The notes: a model not told the origin generated them from the letters alone. A stretch of DNA of 64,000 nucleotides from an uncultured bacterium (GCA_964624405.1 CAZUXA010000005.1:13376-77375); one strand, 5' to 3'; shown: positions 8,086-17,365, counted from the first letter of the stretch. Numbers and translations are program-made.

Positions 8086-10076
8086 TGCCGATAATCCTTG
8101 ACAGATGCTGCGAAAAGTGTTCCCACTCCCAGGCTGAACCCTGCCCAATGGCCATAGAATGTCTGCTGGACGGACCGCTCTGCCACGAAAGCCCCGCTTG
8201 CTCAGAAGCAAGGAACACCTGGAAAAGCAAGGTTCAAAGGTCAGGACTATCTCAGCCTGTTATCTTTGCCGGCGCGGGAACCTGCGGGTTGGGTGCCGGA
8301 GCCGGATCGACCATACAGGCCATCCGGGAGTTCCTTGACACCCGGTCCATTCCATGCACCATTGTTGAAGTGGGCTGCATCGGCCTTTGCGCCGTGGAAC
8401 CCATCGTGGACATCATGCTTCCGGGAAGGGCGAGAGTTTCCTTCGCCGGGGTCACCCACGACAGGGTTTGCGCACTACTGGAATCCATGCTTGAAAGGGG
8501 CGAAGTACCGGAAGACATGGCGCTTTGCCAGTTTACCGGCACGGGAGAAACCTGGAAGGGAGTCCCTCTCTTCAGTGAACACCCGTTTTTCGGCCCTCAG
8601 ACAAGATGGGTTCTGGAAAACTGCGGGACAATGAACCCGGAAAGCCTGGAGGAGTACCTGGCGGCCGGGGGATACCGCGCCTTTGCCGTCACGCTGAGAA
8701 CCCGGACACCGGAAAGCACCTGCGATATCGTTGAAGAAAGCGGTCTTCGGGGCAGGGGCGGAGGCGGCTTTCCCGCCGGCAGAAAATGGCGGTTCGCCCT
8801 GAATACACCATCCGGATCGAAGTATGTGATATGCAACGCCGACGAGGGCGACCCCGGGGCCTTCATGGACAGGGCCGTGATTGAGGGAGACCCCCACAAA
8901 CTGATCGAAGGCATCGCCATAGCCTCCTATGCGGTGGGCGCCAACAAAGCGTACATCTACATACGGGCTGAATACCCCCTGGCGATTCAGAGGCTGAGAA
9001 AGGCTTTGGAACAGGCGGAAAACCAGGGCATTCTTGGAACCAACATTTTCGACAGTGGCTTTGATCTCAACATTGTTATAAAAATGGGGGCGGGCGCCTT
9101 CGTTTGCGGCGAGGAAACCGCTCTCATCCACAGCATAGAAGGTCACCGGGGCATGCCTTCCCCGAAACCGCCTTTTCCCGCGGTAAGCGGTCTGTTCGGA
9201 AAACCAACGGTCATCAACAATGTTGAGACCCTGGCGAATGTGCCCGGCATTCTGAACAACGGTCCGGGTTGGTTCCGCTCCGCGGGCACCGAAAACAGCC
9301 CGGGAACAAAGGTGTTCGCCCTTTCCGGAAAAATCACCAACACCGGCCTCATTGAAGTCGCGATGGGAACCCCCATCCACGACATTCTGTTCAGCATGGG
9401 CGGGGGAATCCCGGACGGAAAGGCGTTCAAGGCGGTACAGATCGGTGGTCCTTCCGGAGGCTGCATCCCCGACGGACATACCGACCTTAGAATAGACTAC
9501 GAATCCCTTGGAGAGTTCGGCGCCATGATGGGCTCCGGGGGGCTTGTGGTCATGGATGAGGACACCTGCATGGTTGATGTAGCCAAGTTCTTCATGGATT
9601 TCATCCAGAGGGAGAGCTGCGGCAAGTGCATTCCCTGCAGGGAGGGGACAAGAAGACTTCTGGAGATACTCAACGCGATTACCCGGGGTTACCGTGACGA
9701 AACCCCGGAACAGGCGCTGGAAAGGTTCAGGGGCATCGTTAATCTGGAAAGGCTTGGACAGGTGATCAGGAAGACCAGCCTCTGCGGTCTGGGCCAGACC
9801 GCGCCGAATCCGGTTCTCAGTACTCTGCGGTGGTTCAGGGATGAGTACGAGGCTCATATTTTTGAACGAAAGTGCCCCGCCGGAGTATGCACCGGCCTGC
9901 TCACATTCTCCATAGACGAGGACGCTTGCCGCGGTTGCACCCTGTGCGCCGGAAAATGCCCTACAGGGGCAGTCAAGGGCGCCCGGAAGAGCCCCCACTA
10001 CATTGTGACCTCCGAATGCATTGGCTGCGGCGCCTGCCTCGAGGTATGTCCCTTCGACGCCGTCAGGGTTCACTGA
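8082..10076 (+). CDS. hydB: NuoF-like flavoprotein subunit of [FeFe]-hydrogenase (HydB/HndC type; NAD(P)H and FMN binding, multiple Fe-S)
   Basis: GRGGGGFPAGRKW NADH/FMN fingerprint, SCGKCIPCREG [4Fe-4S], C-terminal 2x CxxCxxCxxxCP ferredoxin motifs, Cys-rich N-terminal extension. Confidence 0.9.
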   Translation: MMPIILDRCCEKCSHSQAEPCPMAIECLLDGPLCHESPACSEARNTWKSKVQRSGLSQPVIFAGAGTCGLGAGAGSTIQAIREFLDTRSIPCTIVEVGCIGLCAVEPIVDIMLPGRARVSFAGVTHDRVCALLESMLERGEVPEDMALCQFTGTGETWKGVPLFSEHPFFGPQTRWVLENCGTMNPESLEEYLAAGGYRAFAVTLRTRTPESTCDIVEESGLRGRGGGGFPAGRKWRFALNTPSGSKYVICNADEGDPGAFMDRAVIEGDPHKLIEGIAIASYAVGANKAYIYIRAEYPLAIQRLRKALEQAENQGILGTNIFDSGFDLNIVIKMGAGAFVCGEETALIHSIEGHRGMPSPKPPFPAVSGLFGKPTVINNVETLANVPGILNNGPGWFRSAGTENSPGTKVFALSGKITNTGLIEVAMGTPIHDILFSMGGGIPDGKAFKAVQIGGPSGGCIPDGHTDLRIDYESLGEFGAMMGSGGLVVMDEDTCMVDVAKFFMDFIQRESCGKCIPCREGTRRLLEILNAITRGYRDETPEQALERFRGIVNLERLGQVIRKTSLCGLGQTAPNPVLSTLRWFRDEYEAHIFERKCPAGVCTGLLTFSIDEDACRGCTLCAGKCPTGAVKGARKSPHYIVTSECIGCGACLEVCPFDAVRVH

Positions 10077-10082
10077 GGAAGG

Positions 10083-11804
10083 TTGATGATGAAACTCACC
10101 ATAAACGGAAAAACAGTGGAAGCAAGGAATGGTGAAACCATTCTTGAAGCGGCGAGAAAGATTGGTCTGGATATTCCCACACTGTGTCACATGGAAGGTC
10201 TGGCGCCGACGGGGACATGCCGGGTCTGCGTGGTGGAAGACAGGAAAACCGGAAAACTCATACCTTCCTGCTCCTACCCCGCGGCGGAGGGAATGGAAAT
10301 CGCCACTCACTCCAATCAGGCTGTGGCAGCCCGGAAAACCATTATCGAGCTGCTTCTGGCCTCCCACCCTGACGATTGCCTGTACTGCCCCGGAAACGGC
10401 ACCTGTGTTCTCCAGCGCTACGCGCAGGAACTTGGCGTGAGGCAGAGAAGCTACTCCGGAGCCAGAAACCGGATCAATCTTGATGTCTCCAGCCCATCCA
10501 TAATCAGGGATCCGGAGAAGTGCATACTCTGCGGAAGATGCGTCAGGGTCTGTTCCGAAGTGCAGGGAGTGAGCGCCATAGATTTCACAGGAAGGGGAAG
10601 CGGCGCACAGGTGGCATGCGCCTTTGACGAGGGCCTGAATATTTCCAGCTGCGTTAACTGCGGACAGTGTGTGATGGTGTGCCCCACCGGCTCACTCACC
10701 GAGCGCAGGGATGTGGAACGGGTGATGAAAGCCCTTGACGATCCTGAAGTTACTGTGGTGGTTCAGCATGCTCCTGCGGTATCTGTAAGCCTTGCGGAGG
10801 AGTTCGGCTTGAAGCCCGGAAGCGACATCGTAGACAAGATGAACGCGGCCTTTCGTCGCATGGGGTTCGACAGTGTGTTCCCCACCAGCTTCAGCGCGGA
10901 CCTCACCGTAATGGAAGAAGCCAATGAGCTTGTGCAGCGAGTCAGAAACGGTGGCCCGTTTCCCATGTTCACCAGTTGTTCTCCGGGCTGGATCAAATTC
11001 CTGGAGGAGTTCCACCCGGAGATGCTGGGAAACGCATCCACCTGCAAGAGTCCCCAGCAGATGATGGGCGCGGTGATCAAACGACTCTGGGCTCCGGCAA
11101 ACAACCTTGACCCCCGGAAAGTCTTCAGCGTTTCGATAATGCCCTGCACCGCCAAAAAGTTCGAGGCGGCAAGGCCCGAAATGGGCGGGGACACCCAGGA
11201 TGTGGACGCGGTACTCACCACCCGGGAACTCGCGGAACTGATCAGGATTTTTGGAATCGACATAGCCATGCTCGAAGGCGAACCAGCGGACAGCCCCTTC
11301 GGGGACAGGAGTTCCGCGGGCAAGCTGTTCGGTGCATCGGGAGGCGTAATGGAGGCCGCGGCCAGAACGGCCTTTCACATGCTTACCGGCGAAAATCTGG
11401 CGGAGTTGAAGCTGGACGAGGTAAGAGGTCTTGACGAAGTGAAGGAAACCACGCTGCTCATCAACGGGCTTGAGTTAAGGGTCGCGGTGGTGAGCGGCCT
11501 CGGAAATGCCGGAAGACTGCTGAAAGACATCATTGCCGGAAAACGCACGTATCACTTCGTTGAAGTCATGTCATGCCCGGGAGGATGCATCAACGGCGGT
11601 GGCCAGCCATACCTTACAAACCCCGAGAGGGTCAGGGCGAGAATGCAGACCCTGTACGAAATCGACAGAAACGCAAGCCTCAGGGTCGCCCACGAAAACC
11701 CCTCCATCAAGGCCCTGTACAGGGATTTTCTGGAAGAACCGGGAAGCGAAAGGGCGCACCATCTTCTTCACACGGAGTACACCGCCCGGGAGGTGCTCAG
11801 GTAA
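10083..11804 (+). CDS. hydA: [FeFe]-hydrogenase catalytic subunit (HydA) with N-terminal 2Fe-2S and 4Fe-4S domains; L1 motif reads TSCSPGW
   Basis: Plant-type 2Fe-2S CHMEGLAPTGTCRVC; H-cluster L2 MPCTAKKFE and L3 EVMSCPGGCINGGGQP present; L1 FTSCSPGW (Ser at the second Cys position). Confidence 0.9.
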   Translation: MMMKLTINGKTVEARNGETILEAARKIGLDIPTLCHMEGLAPTGTCRVCVVEDRKTGKLIPSCSYPAAEGMEIATHSNQAVAARKTIIELLLASHPDDCLYCPGNGTCVLQRYAQELGVRQRSYSGARNRINLDVSSPSIIRDPEKCILCGRCVRVCSEVQGVSAIDFTGRGSGAQVACAFDEGLNISSCVNCGQCVMVCPTGSLTERRDVERVMKALDDPEVTVVVQHAPAVSVSLAEEFGLKPGSDIVDKMNAAFRRMGFDSVFPTSFSADLTVMEEANELVQRVRNGGPFPMFTSCSPGWIKFLEEFHPEMLGNASTCKSPQQMMGAVIKRLWAPANNLDPRKVFSVSIMPCTAKKFEAARPEMGGDTQDVDAVLTTRELAELIRIFGIDIAMLEGEPADSPFGDRSSAGKLFGASGGVMEAAARTAFHMLTGENLAELKLDEVRGLDEVKETTLLINGLELRVAVVSGLGNAGRLLKDIIAGKRTYHFVEVMSCPGGCINGGGQPYLTNPERVRARMQTLYEIDRNASLRVAHENPSIKALYRDFLEEPGSERAHHLLHTEYTAREVLR

Positions 11805-13823
11805 ATGGCGGTACAGATAGACCCGCTGGTGCAGTCAGTTCCCGAGAAATGCAAGGTATGCTATACATGCGTCAGGGAATGCCCCGCCAAGGCCATCAGG
11901 ATACTGGACGGGCAGGCCGAGGTGGTGGCGGAACGGTGTATTGGATGCGGCAACTGCGTCAAGGTCTGTACCCGGGGGGCCAAGAAGGCCAGGGTGAACA
12001 TTTCCGATGTGAAAACACTCCTGGAATCCGGCCGAAGGGTGGCTGCGGTTGTAGCCCCGAGTTTTCCCGCCGAGTTCCCGGACATACCTCCAAAAAAGCT
12101 TGTCGGCATGCTTATCAGGCTTGGTTTTCATCCGGTGACGGAAGTAGCTTTCGGCGCCGATATGGTGGCCCACGCATACCGGGAGCTCCTCAGAAAAAAC
12201 CCTGACCGGCAGTACATCGCAGTGAACTGCCCCGCGGTTGTGACTTACATCGAGAAGTACATGCCACAACTGGTGCCGTATCTGGCCCCGATCGTCTCTC
12301 CCATGACCGCGGAAGCCAGGGTGGTGAGAACCTTCTATGGAGAGGATACCGCCGTGGTGTTCATCGGACCCTGCATCGCAAAGAAGGATGAAGCTCCCGA
12401 TGAGTTGGACCAGGTTCTCACATTCATCGAACTCAGGGAGCTCTTCGCCGAGAAGGGCATCACCCCGGATGGAGTGGAGGAAGCACAGTTCAATCCTCCA
12501 AGCCCGGGTCTCGGCGCCATCTTTCCCATCAGCGGAGGAATGCTTCAGGCGGCGGACATGAAGGAGGATCTCGTTGCGGGAGACATAGTCACCGCCGAGG
12601 GAAGGGCGGGGTTTCTCGAAGCCCTCAAGGAGTTTGAGAACGACGATATGGACCCGAGGCTTCTTGAACTCCTGTGCTGTGACGGCTGCATCATGGGGCC
12701 CGGAATGTCCAGCAAAGCTCCGATTTTCAGAAGAAGGGCAAAAATAAGCCATTATGCCAGATCCAGGCTCAACGAAATCAACTTCAACAACTGGAATGTG
12801 GCCATGGACCGCTCCAGCGCCATCAATCTTGACAGAACCTTCAGTGAGAAGGACACAAGGCTAACCTCTCCAGGAGAAGAGGATGTTCAGGACATTCTCT
12901 GCAGGATGGGCAAGTCCACTCCGGAGGATGAGCTGAACTGCGGGGCCTGCGGTTACGACACATGCAGGGAACACGCGGTGGCGATTCTGAAAGGCCTTGC
13001 GGAAAGCGAAATGTGCCTTCCCTACGCCATAGACCAACTGAAACTCACGGTGGATGAGCTTGCCGGCACCAGGGTCGCCCTCAAACATGCGGAAAAGATG
13101 GCGGGAATGGGCCAGCTGGCCGCGGGAATAGCCCACGAGGTGAACAACCCGCTGGGAGTGGTTCTCATGTATGCCCACACACTTCTGGATGAACGGGCGA
13201 AGGAAGACCCTGAGCTGGCCGAAGACCTGAAAACCATAGCGGCACATGCGGACAGGTGCAAGAAAATCGTGGCTGGCCTGCTGGATTTCGCCAGACAGAA
13301 CAAGGTGTCCCGCAGGGATACTGATCTGCCGGTGTTCGCGTCGAAAGTGGCCGGCGATCTCCCCAGACCAGTGGGAGTTGAGCTTCTGGTTGAGAACCGG
13401 ATGAAAGACCCGATGGTGAGCGTTGACGACGACCAGTTCGCCCAGGTTGTGATAAACCTGGTTCAAAATGCCTACCAGGTTATGAATGAAGGCGGGAAGC
13501 TTGTTCTTTCTTTCGAAGACAGAGACAACAGAGTGATAATGAAGGTCACCGACAACGGCGCGGGAATAAGCCCGGAGAACATGAAGAAAATCTTCGAGCC
13601 CTTTTTCACAACCAAACCCAGGGGCAAGGGTACCGGGCTGGGGCTGGCGGTGACCTATGGAATTGTCAAGATGCACCGTGGGAGCATAACGGCGGTTTCC
13701 AACATCGACCCCGAAAAGGGTCCAACAGGAACCACGTTCACCGTAACCCTTCCCAGAAGGGTAAGCGAGGAAGAGGGAAGGAACCACAATGGAGCGGAAT
13801 CTGACCATACTGCTGGTGGATGA
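11805..13823 (+). CDS. sensory [FeFe]-hydrogenase-like (HydS-type) H-cluster domain fused to a histidine-kinase transmitter (HisKA + HATPase)
   Basis: Two N-terminal 4Fe-4S ferredoxin motifs; H-domain with L1-like VNCP, L2-like GPCIAKKDE, L3-like ELLCCDGCIMG; Cys cluster C-x14-C-x2-C-x4-C; H-box HEVNNPLG, N-box NLVQNAYQ, G1 DNGAGI, G2 GTGLGLAV. Confidence 0.8.
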   Translation: MAVQIDPLVQSVPEKCKVCYTCVRECPAKAIRILDGQAEVVAERCIGCGNCVKVCTRGAKKARVNISDVKTLLESGRRVAAVVAPSFPAEFPDIPPKKLVGMLIRLGFHPVTEVAFGADMVAHAYRELLRKNPDRQYIAVNCPAVVTYIEKYMPQLVPYLAPIVSPMTAEARVVRTFYGEDTAVVFIGPCIAKKDEAPDELDQVLTFIELRELFAEKGITPDGVEEAQFNPPSPGLGAIFPISGGMLQAADMKEDLVAGDIVTAEGRAGFLEALKEFENDDMDPRLLELLCCDGCIMGPGMSSKAPIFRRRAKISHYARSRLNEINFNNWNVAMDRSSAINLDRTFSEKDTRLTSPGEEDVQDILCRMGKSTPEDELNCGACGYDTCREHAVAILKGLAESEMCLPYAIDQLKLTVDELAGTRVALKHAEKMAGMGQLAAGIAHEVNNPLGVVLMYAHTLLDERAKEDPELAEDLKTIAAHADRCKKIVAGLLDFARQNKVSRRDTDLPVFASKVAGDLPRPVGVELLVENRMKDPMVSVDDDQFAQVVINLVQNAYQVMNEGGKLVLSFEDRDNRVIMKVTDNGAGISPENMKKIFEPFFTTKPRGKGTGLGLAVTYGIVKMHRGSITAVSNIDPEKGPTGTTFTVTLPRRVSEEEGRNHNGAESDHTAGG

Positions 13824-14178
13824 CGACCAGGATTACATCGAACAGATGAGGCTGATGCTGGAGACCGGAGGTTACACCGTTCACACATGCATCACCAGGG
13901 AGAAGGCCGAGGAGCTCCTCGGGACGATGAAGCCGGATATTGCGGTAATCGACCTGATGATGGAGCAGAACGACGACGGATTTGTTCTGGCCTACCGGCT
14001 CAAGAAGAAGTACCCCGATGTGCCTGTGATCATGGTGACCGCCGTTACCAGTGAAACCGGAATCGATTTTACATCAGCACCGGACACCGGAGGCTGGATG
14101 AAAGCCGATGCCCTGCTGCAGAAACCGGTTCGGTTCGAGCAACTGGAAGCCCAGATAAAACGGTTGTGCCATGGATAG
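13789..14178 (+). CDS. single-domain response regulator (CheY-like receiver)
   Basis: LLVDDDQDY, phospho-acceptor context AVIDLMM, VTAVT, LQKPV (Lys-Pro). Confidence 0.8.
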   Translation: MERNLTILLVDDDQDYIEQMRLMLETGGYTVHTCITREKAEELLGTMKPDIAVIDLMMEQNDDGFVLAYRLKKKYPDVPVIMVTAVTSETGIDFTSAPDTGGWMKADALLQKPVRFEQLEAQIKRLCHG

Positions 14179-15307
14179 GGAAATGACGCTGAAGCTTCTG
14201 GTGGTTGATGACGAAACCGGAATGCGCATGGGTATCCGCCGTGCTCTGAGGAACTTTCAGAGTGAGCCGGACGACACCGGCCTGATTGTCAGGCTGTCGG
14301 TTGAAGAGGCGGAAAGCGGTGAACAGGCCATCGAAAAGATAAAGGACTCCCCTCCGGATATTGTTCTGCTTGACCACAGGATGGGGGGAATAACCGGGCT
14401 CGATGTGCTGAACTGGATGGAGGACAACAGCCCGGATGTTCTTGCCATAATGATAACCGCCTACGCATCGCTGGAAAACGCCATAAACGCCACAAAAAAA
14501 GGAGCTTTCGACTTCCTTCCAAAACCCTTTACCCCTGCCGAACTCAAGGTTGCGGTGAGACAGGCGGTGAAGCACGTTCTGGCGGTTCGTGAAGCCAAAA
14601 GGCTCTCCGAAGAGAAACGGAGGGTTCGATTCCAGTTCATCAGCGTTCTCGCTCACGAGCTGAAGGCCCCCCTGGGGGCCATTGAGGGATATCTCTACCT
14701 GCTTCAGGACGGAACGGCTCTCAGTAATCCGGAAACACTTCCAAGGGTTGTGGAAAGAAGCCTCGTCAGGCTTCAGGGCATGAGAAAACTGATCTATGAC
14801 CTTCTCGACCTTACCAGGATCGAAAGCGGAGAAAAGAAGAGGGAGCTGGCGGAGGTTGATGTGGTGCAGGCGGCGAATGCCAGCGTTGAAACCATGGCGC
14901 CGGACGCGGCTTCCCGGGGAATTGAAATCGTGTTGAACGCGCCTGAGCACCTTCCCATGCTTGGTGATCGGAGCGAACTGGAGATCATTCTGAACAACCT
15001 GGTATCCAACGCCGTTAAGTACAACCGTGACAATGGAAAAGTTACGGTTACCCTGACGGAATCTCCGGAGGATGTGACCATTTCGGTTGCCGATACCGGA
15101 ATCGGTATGACCGAAGAGGAGAGGGAGCGGCTTTTCGGCGAGTTCGCAAGGATCAAGAACGAGAAGACCCGCAACATTCTGGGCAGCGGCCTGGGGCTCA
15201 ACATTGTAAAGCGGATAGCCGGGCTCTACGAAGGCAGCGTGACTGTGGAGAGCACGCCTGACGCCGGAAGCACCTTCACGGTAACACTCAAGAAGGCACT
15301 GGCATGA
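14171..15307 (+). CDS. hybrid receiver/histidine kinase (REC-HisKA-HATPase), no sensor domain
   Basis: N-terminal REC (LLVVDDE...IVLLDHRM...FLPKPF), H-box SVLAHELKAPLG, N-box NLVSNAVKYN, G boxes DTGIGM / GSGLGLNIV. Confidence 0.8.
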   Translation: MDREMTLKLLVVDDETGMRMGIRRALRNFQSEPDDTGLIVRLSVEEAESGEQAIEKIKDSPPDIVLLDHRMGGITGLDVLNWMEDNSPDVLAIMITAYASLENAINATKKGAFDFLPKPFTPAELKVAVRQAVKHVLAVREAKRLSEEKRRVRFQFISVLAHELKAPLGAIEGYLYLLQDGTALSNPETLPRVVERSLVRLQGMRKLIYDLLDLTRIESGEKKRELAEVDVVQAANASVETMAPDAASRGIEIVLNAPEHLPMLGDRSELEIILNNLVSNAVKYNRDNGKVTVTLTESPEDVTISVADTGIGMTEEERERLFGEFARIKNEKTRNILGSGLGLNIVKRIAGLYEGSVTVESTPDAGSTFTVTLKKALA

Positions 15308-15358
15308 GTTGGGTTCCCGCCCGGGCGCTGTGGATCCGGCCTCTCTGATTAGAAATCC

Positions 15359-15820
15359 CTACAGACCCAGGCCGATTCCCGCTGACAGAACCCAGTTGTG
15401 GTTTTCGTCGGAGCCGTATACATGCCGATAGCATCCCATGGTGCCTGTCACCAGGTGTACTCTCATCCGCAGTTCCGCGCCGGCATAGGTCTGGTTCCTT
15501 TCCAGGTGCCCCCAGGTCTTGCCCCAGGTCCGCATTACCGCCGCGGTAAGCTCAGTGTAGAAGATGTCCGTAAAAAACATGCTGAAGGCAAATCGACCTC
15601 CGGCGTGAAGCTTTCCCCCTCCCAGGCCGGGCTCCACCCTGAAAACAAGCCCCGTCCGGGGAGCACCCCATATCGAGGAACTTTTCATTGTGGCAATTCC
15701 GAAGGAAGCGTTGACGATCTGGGGTGTAGTAACCTGCAGACTTACAGTGGGAGTAAATGGAAGAGGCCGGGCAAGGCCGGCGGAGAACAGCAGCGTCAAC
15801 AGCGGCAATGCTGTTCGCAT
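15359..15820 (-). CDS. hypothetical secreted protein, possibly a small outer-membrane beta-barrel
   Basis: Signal peptide MRTALPLLTLLFSAGLA; alternating hydrophobic pattern; no recognisable enzymatic motif. Confidence 0.4.
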   Translation of the reverse strand: MRTALPLLTLLFSAGLARPLPFTPTVSLQVTTPQIVNASFGIATMKSSSIWGAPRTGLVFRVEPGLGGGKLHAGGRFAFSMFFTDIFYTELTAAVMRTWGKTWGHLERNQTYAGAELRMRVHLVTGTMGCYRHVYGSDENHNWVLSAGIGLGL

Positions 15821-15846
15821 GTTGCGGGCTCCTTCCTGGAAGCGGT

Positions 15847-16497
15847 CTAGGTGAACAACTCGGCCAGATCCATCATGGCTTCAATGGCAGGTTTCAGTTC
15901 ATTCGTCTCGGGAAAGTTTGCCTCGAGAGTCAGTATGATGCCCCCGTCCCGTATCTCCACGCCTTTTAGGAAGTAACCCGTAAAAACCTTCAGACCCTCT
16001 CGAATGCGTTTCCGGGAGAGAAGCTCGGTGATCTGTTCCCGGTTTCTTCCCCGGACAAGAAGCAACCTGTTCAGATTCCCTCCGTCGGGTATTGGAATGT
16101 ACCTCTTCCTGAACAACGCTCTGGCAAACCTTTGGGGAAGCCCGGCAAGGGTTATCACCATGTCGTGATGGTAGGGCCTGGGAAAGAGCACCACCACCCT
16201 GACAGCCGACCTGATGTTCTTGCCGCTCCGTACGCTGAACGGAAAGACATGATGCGAAAAACCCCTGCTTCTGCCGGACAGGCAGCCGACGATGGAATCT
16301 TCGATCATCTTCGCCCATTTTGGATCCTGGGAGAATTTCCGATACCTCTCTCCGTCATCGCCCGGTGCCCTCCACCATGCGCCGCTTCCCAATAGGGCCG
16401 GAGATTCCAGAAAGCCTTCCATTCCCGGTTTGAAAGACATTCCGAGCCTGGCGCCAAGATCCCGCCATCTTGCCCGGGTCTGTTCCATGTAACTCAT
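15847..16497 (-). CDS. hypothetical protein (co-transcribed with upstream NYN-CSD gene)
   Basis: ATG 16497 overlaps the stop of 16494..17345 in an ATGA junction; track ORF extends further upstream in frame but without support. Confidence 0.45.
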   Translation of the reverse strand: MSYMEQTRARWRDLGARLGMSFKPGMEGFLESPALLGSGAWWRAPGDDGERYRKFSQDPKWAKMIEDSIVGCLSGRSRGFSHHVFPFSVRSGKNIRSAVRVVVLFPRPYHHDMVITLAGLPQRFARALFRKRYIPIPDGGNLNRLLLVRGRNREQITELLSRKRIREGLKVFTGYFLKGVEIRDGGIILTLEANFPETNELKPAIEAMMDLAELFT

Positions 16498-17345
16498 GTC
16501 AGAGCCTTGATGCATCCGATGCTTCTGGCCTGAAGCTTTCCCGGTTCGGTACCCTCGGAAATCTGGAACTCGAAGACCAGGTTCCTGTCCGGAAGTCTGA
16601 AGTAATCCACATTGTCGGGCAGGTTGGAGTCGTGGAAAAAAATGTTGGCGAATGGGGACAGGGGATCCCGGTTGTCGATTCGCCACAGTTCGTCGTTGCT
16701 TTTCACCATGTAGCGGAAAAAACCGAATCCCTTGTCATGGCTGACGCACATTCCCCTGACCCAGGAGTTGACTTCCCCCCATGTTCCGGGGTTGTCCAGG
16801 CCCTTGAAGGGCAGGAGGTTCGGGATCAGATAGCCGGAAACGAACATGTCCGCCTCCCGGCGGAGCTCCAGGGCGATATTGTCAAAGGCCATCACTTCCA
16901 CACGACAGCCACGGCTCTGCAGGGCGTGAACCACCCGGACGAAGTCGCCGTCGCCGCTGGCAAGCAGGACCCGGTCAAGCCTTTCCGACTGCATGATGGC
17001 GTCTATGCCCATTTCCAGGTCCACGTTGGATTTTGCGTATCTGCTTCCCGAATCGTCGCTGTACCATTTTACAGTTTTGAGAATAACTTTGTATCCGATA
17101 TCCCGCAAAGCGGTGTGGAAGCGGTTCTGGCCTTCCTTGTACTCTCTGTCCGTTCTGGCCCTTGCCTCGTCAAAACTCACATAAGCGTTCAGCCTCACCG
17201 GATAACCGCCGCCCCTGCATGCGAACTGGCGCAGGATCTCGTAGCGCATTCCGAAGCCGCCGTTCATCGTAAGGTTGCTGACATCCACATAAACCCCGAC
17301 CTTGTTTCCGTGCCCCTGTAAAGACATGATTTCCTCCATAAGCAA
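16494..17345 (-). CDS. NYN (LabA/PIN-like) domain protein fused to a C-terminal cold-shock domain
   Basis: NYN motifs VYVDVSNL...NVDLEMGIDA...LASGDGDF; C-terminal CSD with KGFGFFRY RNP1-like motif. Confidence 0.7.
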   Translation of the reverse strand: MLMEEIMSLQGHGNKVGVYVDVSNLTMNGGFGMRYEILRQFACRGGGYPVRLNAYVSFDEARARTDREYKEGQNRFHTALRDIGYKVILKTVKWYSDDSGSRYAKSNVDLEMGIDAIMQSERLDRVLLASGDGDFVRVVHALQSRGCRVEVMAFDNIALELRREADMFVSGYLIPNLLPFKGLDNPGTWGEVNSWVRGMCVSHDKGFGFFRYMVKSNDELWRIDNRDPLSPFANIFFHDSNLPDNVDYFRLPDRNLVFEFQISEGTEPGKLQARSIGCIKALT

Positions 17346-17365
17346 TCAAAGAAGAGTGGCAAACA

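Noticed and set aside
8475-10367. 630-aa ORF on the minus strand spanning hydB/hydA
   Set aside because: It lies antisense to two genes with strong, conserved NuoF/HydA motifs on the plus strand. Its translation is Gly/Arg/Pro-rich with no motifs, a typical high-GC shadow ORF.
12861-13808. 315-aa minus-strand ORF inside the sensor kinase gene
   Set aside because: Antisense to the well-supported HisKA/HATPase region; a shadow ORF.
16470-17321. 283-aa plus-strand ORF mirror-imaging the NYN-CSD gene
   Set aside because: The minus-strand frame carries clear NYN and cold-shock motifs and an ATGA junction with its downstream gene; the plus-strand product has none.
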